From Macrostomum lignano (lineage: Eukaryota), in assembly GCA_002269645.1 (NCBI GenBank), contig NIVC01000331.1:1-32968 (forward strand): a DNA stretch of 32,968 nt. The letters run 5' to 3'. The position numbers and the translations under genes are program-made. Shown here one piece after another: positions 1 to 12,222 of the stretch; within the stretch, counting starts at the first letter, position 1, and the number at the start of each line of letters is the position of its first letter. The notes under the pieces were generated by a model that saw nothing but the letters and a program-made list of their open reading frames with translations, was not told the DNA's origin and made no database searches.

Positions 1-69
1 GTGCTACCTGCCGTCCCGACCAAAACAGAGCCTTTGCGCCATTCCCAGCTCTTTGCTCTTCCCATCCGA

Positions 70-383
70 GTAGGGAAACTGCTCTGTCATCAGGTGGAAA
101 CTCTGTCACCCAAGGTAGGGAAACTGCTCTGTCATCCAGGTGGAATCCAGGTGGAAACTCTGTCACCCAGGTAGGGAAACTGCTCTGTCATCCAGGTGGA
201 AACTCTGTCTCCCAGATAGGGAAACTGCTCTGTCATCCAGGTGGAAACTCTGTCATCCAGGTGGAAACTCTGTCATCCAGGTGGAAACTCTGTCTCCCAG
301 ATAGGGAAACTGCTCTGTCATCTAGGTGGAAACTCTGTCACCCAGGTAGGGAAACTGCTCTGTCATCCAAGTGGTTATCCAGG
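70..383. repeat. Minisatellite, about 45-bp composite unit (GTAGGGAAACTGCTCTGTCATCCAG + GTGGAAACTCTGTCACCCAG)
   Basis: Alternating 25-bp and 20-bp related subunits visible directly; explains the repetitive ORF 241..474. Confidence 0.9.
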
Positions 384-398
384 TAAAATCTCGGGCTC

Positions 399-665
399 CT
401 ATTCTACTAAAAAGTACAAGACAGTCCAGTCAAAGGCAGATTTGCCAGCCACAGTGTCAAAGTACTTAATATAGCAAAATTTGGGTGTTTTGCACACAGC
501 AACTGTCAGAGACAAGCGGCCCGCGGTCACGCAGTCCTTATCGCTTGGAACGCATTGGGCCGCTCGCAAGTGCGGGTTCAATCTGGCTGGGACCGGAGGC
601 GGCCTCCGGAAACGCTCGTAGGTATGTCTTTCATATAGCCTAACGGTGAATGGGGCTTCTAAATT
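399..665 (-). CDS. Candidate downstream exon of the unidentified minus-strand gene (NLEAPFTVRLYERHTYERFRRPPPVPAR...); 3' boundary uncertain
   Basis: T-rich acceptor GGTTTGTTTAG|AAT at 666/665 in phase 0, matching the phase-0 donor at 3603/3602; frame open to TAG at 399 and in frame with ORF 399..581; contains PPPVPAR. No family recognised; a plus-strand exon is an alternative reading. Confidence 0.3.
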   Translation of the reverse strand, partial: NLEAPFTVRLYERHTYERFRRPPPVPARLNPHLRAAQCVPSDKDCVTAGRLSLTVAVCKTPKFCYIKYFDTVAGKSAFDWTVLYFLVE

Positions 666-752
666 CTAAACAAACCAGTGGGGCAGTCTGATTTTGAATG
701 ACTCTCTGCCACCACGAGTGATGTCGTCCTGTTATGTCCACTTCTAATAAAC

Positions 753-826
<74 letters not shown>

Positions 827-836
827 TTAACTAACC

Positions 837-871
<35 letters not shown>

Positions 872-872
872 C

Positions 873-915
<43 letters not shown>

Positions 916-936
916 CAACTAACTAACTAACTAACC

Positions 937-967
<31 letters not shown>

Positions 968-968
968 C

Positions 969-1002
<34 letters not shown>

Positions 1003-1047
1003 ATAAATAAATAAATAAATAAATAACTAACTAACTAACTAACTAAT
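753..1047. repeat. (CTAA)n microsatellite with CCAA variants and a short (TAAA)n block
   Basis: Direct reading. Confidence 0.97.
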
Positions 1048-1318
1048 TATACGAGACACGTTTTGTCTTAAGTATAAATATGGAGTAAAATATTTTGAAG
1101 ACATATTTCTGAAGTAGGATTAGTACATAATTCAGAGTTCCGGAAGACATTTATTTTAATTTCTACTTCGATTTTAGAAACTCTTTCCTATAATTAAGCC
1201 TCTGCACGGCTTCTGTAAACAAGCTTTAAATAGCGTTTCAACTTTCAGCGGCTTTTAGGGCTTCAGGAAACACAGCAAGCTAAAAGCCTGCGCGCAGTCT
1301 TCCTGTTTTCCTGCTTTC

Positions 1319-3588
1319 ACTCATTTTCATCTGACAATTAATCAGCCGACTCATTCTCATCTGACACTTTATCCAACTGACTCATTCTGCTCTGATATTT
1401 TATCCAACTGACTCATTTTCATCTGACATTTTATCCAACTGACTCATTGTCATCTGACACTTTATCCAACCGACTCATTTTCATCTGACACTTTATCCAA
1501 CTGACTCATTGTCATCTGACACTTTATCCAACTGACTCATTTTCATCTGACATTTTATCCAACTGACTCATTGTCATCTGACACTTTATCCAACCGACTC
1601 ATTTTCATCTGACACTTTATCCAACTGACTCATTCTGCTCTGATACTTTATCCAACTGACTCATTTTCATCTGACATTTTATCCAACTGACTCATTGTCA
1701 TCTGACACTTTATCCAACTGACTCATTGTCATCTGACACTTTATCCAACTGACTCATTGTCATCTGACACTTTATCCAACTGACTCATCCTCATCTGACA
1801 CTTTATCCAACTGACTCATTCTGATCTGACACTAAATCCAACTGACTCATTCTGATCTGACACTTTATCCAACTGACTCATTGTCATCTGACACTTTATC
1901 CAACTGACTCATTCTGATCTGACACTTTATCCAACTGACTCATTGTCATCTGACACTTTATCCAACTGACTCATTGTCATCTGACGCTTTATCCAACTGA
2001 CTCATTCTGCTCTGATATTTTATCCTAACTGACTCATGCTCATCTGACGCTTTATCCAACTGACTCATTCTGCTCTGATATTTTATCCTAACTGACTCAT
2101 GCTCATCTGACACTTTATCCAACTGACTCATTGTCATCTGACACTTTATCCAACTGACTCATTCTGATCTGACACTTTATCCAACTGACTCATGCTCATC
2201 TGACGCTTTATCCAACTGACTCATTCTGCTCTGATATTTTATCCTAACTGACTCATGCTCATCTGACGCTTTATCCAACTGACTCATTCTGCTCTGACAT
2301 TTTATCCTAACTGACTCATGCTCATCTGACACTTTATCCAACTGACTCATTGTCATCTGACACTTTATCCAACTGACTCATTCTGATCTGACACTAAATC
2401 CAACTGACTCATTCTGATCTGACACTTTATCCAACTGACTCATTCTGATCTGACACTTTATCCAACTGACTCATTCTGATCTGACACTAAATCCAACTGA
2501 CTCATTCTGATCTGACACTTTATCCAACTGACTCATTTTCATCTGACATTTTATCCAACTGACTCATTGTCATCTGACACTTTATCCAACCGACTCATTT
2601 TCATCTGACACTTTATCCAACTGACTCATTCTGCTCTGATATTTTATCCAACTGACTCATTTTCATCTGACATTTTATCCAACTGACTCATTGTCATCTG
2701 ACACTTTATCCAACTGACTCATTGTCATCTGACACTTTATCCAACTGACTCATTCTGCTCTGATATTTTATCCAACTGACTCATTTTCATCTGACATTTT
2801 ATCCAACTGACTCATTGTCATCTGACACTTTATCCAACTGACTCATTGTCATCTGACACTTTATCCAACTGACTCATTGTCATCTGACACTTTATCCAAC
2901 TGACTCATTGTCATCTGACACTTTATCCAACTGACTCATTGTCATCTGACGCTTTATCCAACTGACTCATTGTCATCTGACACTTTATCCAACTGACTCA
3001 TTCTGATCTGACACTTTATCCAACTGACTCATTGTCATCTGACACTTTATCCAACTGACTCATTGTCATCTGACGCTTTATCCAACTGACTCATTCTGCT
3101 CTGACACTTTATCCAACTGACTCATTCTGATCTGACACTTTATCCAACTGACTCATTTTCATCTGACACTAAATCCAACTGACTCATTCTGATCTGACAC
3201 TTTATCCAACTGACTCATTCTGATCTGACACTTTATCCAACTGACTCATTGTCATCTGACACTTTATCCAACTGACTCATTCTGATCTGACACTTTATCC
3301 AACTGACTCATTCTGATCTGACACTTTATCCAACTGACTCATTCTGATCTGACACTTTATCCAACTGACTCATTCTGATCTGACACTAAATCCAACTGAC
3401 TCATTCTGATCTGACACTTTATCCAACTGACTCATTGTCATCTGACACTTTATCCAACTGACTCATTGTCATCTGACACTTTATCCAACTGACTCATTTT
3501 CATCTGACATTTTATCCAACTGACTCATTCTGATCTGACACTTTATCCAACTGACTCATTGTCATCTGACACTTTATCCAACTGACTC
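1319..3588. repeat. 31-bp minisatellite CCAACTGACTCATTGTCATCTGACACTTTAT, roughly 70 copies, intronic
   Basis: Direct reading; variants TTCTGA/TTTTCA/TTCTGC and a block of 32-bp units around 2020-2330; ends about 13 bp from the donor at 3602. Confidence 0.97.
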
Positions 3589-3602
3589 CTTCTCAGTCTC
3601 AC

Positions 3603-3920
3603 CGGATTTCTACTCCGGTCGCTCGGCGAGCCGCCAGCCTCCTCGCCAGTCCGCATCAGCAGGGCGGTGGAGGCAGCTGCGGCGGCCACCGCATGCGGAT
3701 TGGTCGGCGGTGGCCGTCTCGGCTGCCAGCTCAGACTCCGCCTCACGATGGAGTTGCACCGCTCCCTGGTGATGGTCAGCTGCTGCTCCTCATCCTCCGA
3801 GACCAGCTGCGAGGCTGGCTTATTAGCGCACGAGTTTGACACAGAGCTGGACTGGCTGCTCATGAACACCTGATCGTAGTCCTCGGCCATGGGACTGTCC
3901 ATGGCGACTCTCTTCTTCAA
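3603..3920 (-). CDS. Internal exon (106 codons, phase 0/0) of an unidentified Ser/Pro/Ala-rich protein
   Basis: ORF 3543..3920; good donor CCG|GTGAGA at 3603/3602; acceptor CAG|TTG at 3921/3920 has a weak pyrimidine tract, so internal ATG 3902 (MDSPM) is an alternative start. GC-rich coding-like composition. Confidence 0.6.
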
Positions 3921-4519
3921 CTGCCTGTACGCTATCGGCTCATATTTCCCAGCTATGCTGCAGTGCGGCCGCGTTGGTCGGTTTTAAATAATGTCTATTG
4001 CTGTATGTGCGAATAATATGTATACAGCTAGGTATAATGTTTGTTTATTCTCTTGCTAAAGTAAAGCGCACTGCACTGCACAAGCGAATTGGATTCGGTC
4101 AGGACTGAAGCTTTTCTTAATAAGCCTGGCGCTCTCTCTCTCCTCTCTCTCCTCTCTGGCTTTGTACGTTTTTTTCTAGCTGCAACCCCCAACCGCCTCT
4201 GACCCGAATGAATGGCCGGCTGTTGTGGCAGGCAGTTGCTTGATATGCATTCTGTATTTACAGCCAAGAACCAGGTGCAGCGCCGCTCAGTGCACTGCTC
4301 TGCTTTTTCTGTCCGCTTCTCTGCCTTCGATACAGTCCCTAAAGTCTTGAGCACTGCCTGAGCGTATGGCGCGACCCATTTGAACTTGAGCTCCGAGTTT
4401 GGTATCTTATTTATTTCGAGCTGATAAAGTTCGCATTAATGCGATCGAATACTGCTTTGAAAGGTGTTGCAGAATATTAAATAGGCACCTACTGGCGCGA
4501 TAAGGAAAGGAAATCCGCT

Positions 4520-4694
4520 TGATAAAAATACTTTTCTGTCAGACGGGAAACAGAGAAACCATTTCTTGTGGGCATTGTGTTTTGGCCGACACAGGCCTGT
4601 AAAAATAGGAATATGATAAAAATACTTTTCTGTCAGACGGGAAACAGAGAAACCATTTCTTGTGCATTGTGTTTTCTGTAAAAATAGGAATATG
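4520..4694. repeat. Two-copy tandem duplication, period about 94 bp, second copy with small deletions
   Basis: GATAAAAATACTTTTCTGTCAGACGGGAAACAGAGAAACCATTTCTTGTG occurs at 4521 and 4615. Confidence 0.9.
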
Positions 4695-4801
4695 CCAAAG
4701 TCGGGCACTCAATCATGCTTCGCCTGTTCCCGTGGGGACAGCGCTTGGCCAAAGAGACCGAATGAACAAAGATCTGGAGTACCAAATCTCTCGATTTCAG
4801 G

Positions 4802-5528
<727 letters not shown>

Positions 5529-5670
5529 TTCGCATACAAACTACACAAGTGCAGCAATTGGGGTCTTGGGGGAAAGAGTTTGCAGTCCAGATTCTCGTAG
5601 CAGATGTCCTTGGCTTAGTCCCCCAGTCCGCATGGCAACAGAGTTGCGCAGATAGCTGCTCATAAATCAC

Positions 5671-5751
5671 CTGGGCGCAGACAGGGGCTCTCTGCGTCTG
5701 TCTGTCGGCCGGCATCCCAACAACAAATTTTGACTTGTAAACGGTGGGCAT
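5671..5751 (-). CDS. Candidate alternative first coding exon (MPTVYKSKFVVGMPADRQTQRAPVCAQ) of the unidentified gene
   Basis: ACAATG start, 27 codons, then donor CAG|GTGATT in phase 0, compatible with the acceptor at 3920. Confidence 0.4.
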
Positions 5752-6160
5752 TGTCTGCTGTTAGCTCAAGCTATCTGTTGCACTTTCCCTCCCAGCCAAA
5801 AAAACGTGACGCGACAAAAATGCCTCTTACAAAAACTCTGCACCCAAAAAATGAACGTGGAATGCTGCGCAAGTGGACTTTTGTGAACAATAATAAACAA
5901 TAGGAATTGCTTAAGTTCTTTTGTTTACAGTAGGCTACTGGCTAATACGAGTACAGTATTTGCAGACTTGTATTTTTTTATTTAAATTTTTTAACTCTCG
6001 CATAACGATCTCGCATGAATGGTTTTGTGTCAATAGTTTTTCGAAGCGGATTTTTCTTGGCGGAGTTTGTCTATGGCAAAACCTCGTTGGACACTATGTA
6101 TTTTCCTGCGTTGCCGGTCAGTTCAGGTCAAATCAGCATGGGGCTGATCAAATCACGTAG

Positions 6161-7755
6161 AGATCAGACCCTCTCTGATTGATATGGGGATCAGATCCCC
6201 TGATTGATGTAGGGATCAGATCCCCTGATTGATGTAGGGATCAGACCCTCTCTGATTGATATGGGGATCAGATCCCCTGATTGATGTAGGGATCAGATCC
6301 CCTGATTGATGTAGGGATCAGACCCTCTCTGATTGATATAGGGATCAGATCCCCTGATTGATGTAGGGATCAGACCCTCTCTGATTGATGTAGGGATCAG
6401 ACCCTCTCTGATTGATATAGGGATCAGACCCTCTCTGATTGATATAGGGATCAGATCCCCTGATTGATGTAGGGATCAGACCCTCTCTGATTGATGTAGG
6501 GATAAGATCCTCTCTGATTGATGTAGGGATCAGACCCTCTCTGATTGATATAGGGATCAGATCCCCTGATTGATGTAGGGATCAGACCCTCTCTGATTGA
6601 TGTAGGGATAAGATCCTCTCTGATTGATGTAGGGATCAGACCCTCTCTGATTGATGCAGGGATCAGACCCTCTCTGATTGATGTAGGGATCAGACCCTCC
6701 CTGATTGGTGTAGGGATCAGACCCTCTCTGATTGATGTAGGGATCAGACCCTCCCTGATTGGTGTAGGGATCAGACCCTCTCTGATTGATATAGGGATCA
6801 GATCCCCTGATTGATGTAGGGATCAGACCCTCTCTGATTGATATAGGGATCAGATCCCCTGATTGATGTAGGGATCAGACCCTCTCTGATTGATATAGGG
6901 ATCAGATCCCCTGATTGATGTAGGGATCAGACCCTCTCTGATTGATGTAGGGATCAGACCCTCTCTGATTGATATAGGGATCAGACCCTCTCTGATTGAT
7001 ATAGGGATCAGATCCCCTGATTGATGTAGGGATCAGACCCTCTCTGATTGATGTAGGGATAAGATCCTCTCTGATTGATGTAGGGATCAGACCCTCTCTG
7101 ATTGATATAGGGATCAGATCCCCTGATTGATGTAGGGATCAGACCCTCTCTGATTGATGTAGGGATAAGATCCTCTCTGATTGATGTAGGGATCAGACCC
7201 TCTCTGATTGATGCAGGGATCAGACCCTCTCTGATTGATGTAGGGATCAGACCCTCCCTGATTGGTGTAGGGATCAGACCCTCTCTGATTGATGTAGGGA
7301 TCAGACCCTCCCTGATTGGTGTAGGGATCAGACCCTCTCTGATTGATGTAGGGATCAGACCCTCTCTGATTGATGCAGGGATCAGACCCTCTCTGATTGA
7401 TGTAGGGATCAGACCCTCCCTGATTGGTGTAGGGATCAGACCCTCTCTGATTGATGTAGGGATCAGACCCTCTCTGATTGATATAGGGATCAGACCACTT
7501 CTGATTGATGTAGGGATCAGACCACTTCTGATTGATGTAGGGATCAGATCCCCTGATTGATGTAGGGATCAGACCTCTCTGATTGATATAGGGATCAGAC
7601 CACTTCTGATTGATGTAGGGATCAGACCACTTCTGATTGATGTAGGGATCAGACCACTTCTGATTGATGTAGGGATCAGATCCCCTGATTGATGTAGGGA
7701 TCAGACCTCTCTGATTGATGTAGGGATCAGACCCTCCCTGATTGATATAGGGATC
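6161..7755. repeat. 27-bp minisatellite GTAGGGATCAGACCCTCTCTGATTGAT (25-bp variant ...AGATCCCCTGAT...), about 60 copies, intronic
   Basis: Direct reading; contains a 557-bp higher-order duplication. Confidence 0.97.
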
Positions 7756-7787
7756 ATGTAGGAATCTCCAACATTGAGAGAACGCAC

Positions 7788-7982
7788 CATTGTGAAGCTC
7801 CTTGGCCTGGAGGGCGCCTCGGGCAGCAACGGTCGGTGACTGCGCAGCCTCGGCCCGGCAGTCGGCAGCTGCAGCTGCTGAACTCCGCCAACTGTGTTGG
7901 CAGCCGTGACCGGCTCCGGGAGGCAGCCGTTGGTGACGGACCGAATTCGATGGTGCCTTCGCTGCTGGCTGGAGGTGGACAT
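7788..7982 (-). CDS. Probable first coding exon (65 codons, MSTSSQQRRHHRIRSVT...RPRSFTM) of the unidentified gene
   Basis: Kozak GCCGCCATG at 7982, donor ATG|GTGCGT at 7788/7787 in phase 0, promoter-like motifs just upstream; lies in ORF 7701..8096. Confidence 0.6.
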
Positions 7983-8026
7983 GGCGGCGCGGCAGCGATC
8001 AACCGTGCAAGGCAGAGGCGCTGGGA

Positions 8027-8097
8027 TATAGACGGGATGGAAACGGCAGGAGTCTTCTTCTCTCAGCCAATGGGAGCCGACTGCTCTGATTACCAAT
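8027..8097 (-). promoter_or_regulatory. Putative core promoter: TATA-like CTATAT (about 8027-8032) and two CCAAT boxes (8067-8071, 8093-8097)
   Basis: Motif spacing upstream of the ATG at 7982 fits a Pol II promoter; motifs are short, so inference. Confidence 0.4.
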
Positions 8098-8827
8098 GCA
8101 AGAGGTGCAGATCTATGCAGTTCGTTTGTTTACAGCACAGACTGCCGCTGTTGCCTGTCCTTGGAGCAGGCTGAGCCCATTAATTTAGGGCCTTGTCTTA
8201 ACTTGAGACAAATTTAATTCTCCATCGCCGAAACGCCTAATTTGAACAAATTCGCAGCCGAGGCTCGACTTGACTTGCAAAACACGCCGGCTGCACACGC
8301 GAACTGTACTTTTCCCTGTTCTACACTGACTACACTAATCTGTGGGAAATCCGGACTGTCAGTTGGGGAGCCGCATTAATCAAGTTACCATTGAGCATGC
8401 GTGAGCGATTTGACAGCGAGGCGATGTCGCGCAGATGCTGGATGGGGCAATAAATCAACGATGCAAATGATTTAAAAATTCCGTCAAAAACCTCTCGGAG
8501 AATGCTAGCATAAAAAGAGAATCGTGCCCGTGGACTCAGGAGGCTGCTGATTCACTGAAAAGTAATGTGATGAGAGCTGGCAAGTCTCCCCTGCCGTCAT
8601 TAGCAAGTTCGGCTCGAGATCTACCCTATAATGAAGCAAAAAAAATTGATAGAGTTTTTTTGCTGTTTTTAATTAATTCTGAAAATTGATAAACACTTGG
8701 GAGGGCAAATTATTGAAAACAAGAAGTCAATTTAAAATATTTGGCTGGTTTGGGCCGGGCGTGACAAAGAAGGAAATTTTTAAATTGCCTTTCATTTTTG
8801 CCTGTGGAAAAACAGTCACGTGACTAA

Positions 8828-9050
<223 letters not shown>

Positions 9051-9311
9051 TCTCAAGTTCTAGATAACAAAACATGTGCTTAACACTCTGCTAGAAGTAG
9101 TCTTGAACAAAATCTAAAGTTTCCTACCTTCAAGTACGTTGAAATACGTATATCTCAATATTAGAACACACAGTCAACAAACTAGATGCCGAAGAGCAGA
9201 AATTATCAATAATGCAACAAAAGTATTTAAAGAAATGTTACAAACAATGAAAAATAGCACAACATTCTACCGTTGTGTTTGTTGTCAATATTTAGAATAA
9301 GAACTGCAATA

Positions 9312-9610
9312 TTGTCAGACCCTACAATAACTACAACTTCAGAGATACAACTGTCAGACCCTACAACTGTCAGTCAACTGTCAGACTCTACAACTGTCAG
9401 ACCCTACAACTGTCAGACCCTACAACTGTCAGACCCTACAACTCTTAGACCCTACAACTGTCAGACCCTAAAACTGTCAGACCCTAAAACTGTCAGACCC
9501 TACAACTGTCAGACCCTACAACTGTCAGACCCTAAAACTGTCAGACCCTACAACTGTCAGACCCTACAACTGTCAGACCCTACAACTGTCAGAGCCCTCC
9601 ACACTGTCAG
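9312..9610. repeat. 16-bp minisatellite CTGTCAGACCCTACAA directly downstream of the antistasin-like gene
   Basis: Direct reading; abuts the TGA at 9607-9609. Confidence 0.95.
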
Positions 9611-9801
9611 GCTCCGCCACTGTTCAGCTGGAAGCGCGAAGTCTCTCTAACCGTGGCGCCGTCCTCTTGCACGCAGTCGCAGGCGCAGGCCATCTCCGCG
9701 GCCTCGGCAGCCTGGCTGACGCGCCGCCTGCATCGACAGTCGCAGGCCTCCCTGGCCGAGCCGCGGCATTGACACAGCGGGCAGCCGTCCCCGGACTCCA
9801 T
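9607..9801 (-). CDS. In-frame continuation of the antistasin-like protein beyond the internal TGA (MESGDGCPLCQC...CDCRC...CACDC)
   Basis: Starts immediately after TGA 9802-9804 in the same frame and supplies the GCxxCxC half of the interrupted domain. Whether it is translated is unknown (readthrough, nonsense allele or sequence error). Confidence 0.55.
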   Translation of the reverse strand: MESGDGCPLCQCRGSAREACDCRCRRRVSQAAEAAEMACACDCVQEDGATVRETSRFQLNSGGA

Positions 9802-10257
9802 TCAGTAGCCGAATTCCCGACACGACAGGCCGCAACCGCGGAGCCACTGGCAGCGAGGAGACGCAGGCGCGGTAGTTGTTGCAGCTGCCGCGGTTGTCGC
9901 AGTCGGCTGAGCAGTCAGCAGCCGGTCGGCCAAAGCGTTGAGTACGCTGCTCAGGTCGCTGGCTAGTTGACTCAACTTGGACACATCAGCGTCAGCGACT
10001 GCGCCTGGCAGCGCACTGTTGGAGTCTTTGTCTCTAACACTGCTGCTGCTGCTGCTGCTGCTGCTGCACATGCATTCGGGACAGCTGGCAGCCGCAGCGC
10101 CCGCCTGCACCAGCACGGCCGGGCGAACAGAACCGCAGGCAGTTTGGCAGGACGCCAAATTCCATCGGCACGCTTTGGCAGACGGCGGCGTGGACTGGCT
10201 GCCTACTACGAGTAGTTGCGGAAGCAGCAGCAGCACCACCACCGTTGGGAAATTCAT
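9802..10257 (-). CDS. Secreted Cys-rich protein with antistasin-like domains (putative protease inhibitor)
   Basis: Signal peptide MNFPTVVVLLLLPQLLVVGS; domain 1 C-x6-C-x3-C...C-x2-C-x-C (CRWNLASCQTAC...CPECMC); domain 2 CQWLRGCGLSCREFGY*MESGDGCPLCQC fits the antistasin pattern CxxxCxxG[FY]xxDxxGCxxCxC. Confidence 0.7.
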   Translation of the reverse strand: MNFPTVVVLLLLPQLLVVGSQSTPPSAKACRWNLASCQTACGSVRPAVLVQAGAAAASCPECMCSSSSSSSSSVRDKDSNSALPGAVADADVSKLSQLASDLSSVLNALADRLLTAQPTATTAAAATTTAPASPRCQWLRGCGLSCREFGY

Positions 10258-11112
10258 TTTCTAATTTATAATTTGTCCTGATATGTGTAGAAAATATTTA
10301 CGCAAGTAACTGTATTGTTTCTGCACAGACAAGTATTTTATTGATTTTTTAATGAGAGCCGCCTCTCAGCCATCTATGTACATTGAGGGACGAAGTTTAA
10401 TGTACATAAGCTGAGCCACTTTTTTCACTCCCTGTCTTCTCTGCCCTCTACGCTCGTATCTCTCTTGGTGGCGGAATCCTGACCAATCGATGCGAAGCTA
10501 CAATAAAGAATGTACACTGAAATAAAAGCTGAAATGTACATAGCCAAATAATCAATATCTATGACCTTTGGTCAAACAAATTATCCTGTAAAATATTGCA
10601 TGTAGTGAACGATTTTTAAGTGAGTGTTTTCATCTTCTCGTAAGCAGAGAAAAATTCAGTCTAGCTGACGAATGCTCAGGGTGTATATTTGAATGTTTTT
10701 ATAAGTACATTCAGAAATACTCAAGGTTGCTATGGACAAATATCCGAATTCGAATAGCTCGTATTAAAACCACAGTTTCAAATTCTCAACAATTACTTGG
10801 GTTTAATGCTATAAACACTGAATAGAAGGTTTAGTAGTTAAGGTGTTCTGATACTTGTGTAGGAAATTACTATTGAATGCTATTAAATATTTGTAAGCTG
10901 TCACCTGAATGGCTATGATTGTGACACCTCAGTATTCAAGAATAGCTGTAGGTAGAATATTATGAAGAAATAACTTTTTGAAGAAGTCGGATTTTTATCA
11001 CATTTCTAATAAATTACAGATGATAAATAAGAAAATATAAGAAGACTCAAATCCAGCAGCTCATAGAGCAGTTCACAGTCAGTCTCTCGTGCCTAGCAAC
11101 TGGCCTCCTCAC

Positions 11113-11237
11113 TCAGCCCATGACCAGGGAGAGGACGGCCATGACTCCGGCTGCGATGCCCGAGCACCCGGACAGGAAGCCCTTGGTGCTGTTGTAGGGC
11201 GCCCTGCTGGCGAAGATCTGGACGAGGACAAGGATGC
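11113..11237 (-). CDS. Exon 2 of a small four-TM (claudin/PMP22-like) protein: end of TM3, TM4, stop
   Basis: Strong pyrimidine tract then CAG|GC at 11238/11237, phase 1 matching exon 1; encodes ILVLVQIFASRAPYNSTKGFLSGCSGIAAGVMAVLSLVMG*. This frame is absent from the ORF track. Confidence 0.85.
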
Positions 11238-11592
11238 CTGCATTGCGGAGGGGGAGGGAGAGAAGTGCGAGCTGGACTCGAATCTCTGCAACACCAAAAA
11301 TCCGACTTAAGTAGATTTAGCTTGTCAGAGTTGACTTCTCAGATCACCTCTGGGTAGGATTTCCAATTACTCATGCGATGCTTTAGTGGAGAAGCAGCGA
11401 GTATCGCAGTGTTTACAACAGCTATTAATCCCTTTTTAACCTATCTGCTTTTAATTAAAAATCCGCCAGCTAATTAAATAGCTAAATATACATTCAGCAA
11501 CAGCCCACCACAAGCATGCAAAAGTACAACTACTGGTCGTAGCATGGGGGGCAATGGTCAGGATCTTTCATCGGTGGGATTTAGCATAGCAC

Positions 11593-11757
11593 CTTTAGCA
11601 CCAGGGGCTTTAGCACCAGGGGCTTTAGCACCAGGGGCTTTAGCACAAGGGGCGTTAGCATCAGGGGGCGTTAGCACCAGGGGCGTTAGCACCAGGGGGC
11701 TTTAGAACCAAGGGGCTTTAGCACCAGTGGCGACAGCACCTGAGGCGCCAGCACCAT
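11593..11757. repeat. 15-bp minisatellite GGGGCTTTAGCACCA, degenerating, intronic
   Basis: Direct reading; 1-bp indels break any frame. Confidence 0.9.
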
Positions 11758-11921
11758 GATCATCCTGAGTAGTATATATTCTAATCATCGGTTGGATAAA
11801 CTCTTGGAGACGCTGCATTGATCACCGATGCCTTGTCGGTAAGCTCACTTTGGCTGTCAATTCAATAGCAGTAATGTACATGGATGTACATGCAAGTAAA
11901 GGTACAAATCAATCATCTTAC

Positions 11922-12162
11922 CAGCCAGAATAGCGGCCACGGCGAACACAATTAGAACAATCTTATTGTTGGCCTCGTCCACAAAGATGTAGGCCGTGAT
12001 GAGCACGATGGCGCCAGTGTAGAAAAAGAAGGCCAGCACAGCCGTGGCCTGGCCGCCGGCGCTGCCCCAGCCAAACGAAGTGAACAGCAGCAGGCAGAAC
12101 CCGATGACTGTGAAGAAGAAGGCCAACTTCAACCACTTACTCTGGCTGTCGAGGTCTCCCAT
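11922..12162 (-). CDS. Exon 1 of a 121-aa four-TM membrane protein, claudin/PMP22-like
   Basis: ORF 11857..12162 with three hydrophobic segments; donor GCT G|GTAAGA at 11922/11921 in phase 1. Family assignment rests on topology and the W after TM1 only. Confidence 0.85.
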
Positions 12163-12222
12163 ACTGGCTTGGCTAGGAGTTGCACAATGATATAACTAAC
12201 TATTGCTTCAAACAGCCGTTGT

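Noticed and set aside
500-621. Plus-strand exon (CACAG| ... AG|GTATGT)
   Set aside because: No partner plus-strand exons found nearby; the minus-strand reading fits the upstream gene phase. Not fully excluded.
753-1047. Telomeric repeat
   Set aside because: Unit is (TTAG)n, not TTAGGG, and it is interstitial.
4431-4444. 14-bp perfect palindrome TCGCATTAATGCGA
   Set aside because: Isolated, with no flanking structure; cannot be distinguished from chance.
4028-4708. ORFs 4028..4354 and 4436..4708
   Set aside because: No recognisable domain; they overlap a GA tract and a tandem duplication, more consistent with intron or promoter DNA.
8560-8600. Possible SECIS (ATGA plus GGCAGG/CTTGCC hairpin on minus) for the antistasin TGA
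   Set aside because: Stem too short, no apical AA and no correctly placed GA quartet; about 1 kb downstream.
9273-9650. 125-aa repetitive ORF; likewise 241..474, 20845..21450, 24201..24383, 25380..25640, 25453..25716
   Set aside because: All are translations of intronic or flanking minisatellites with no coding signature.
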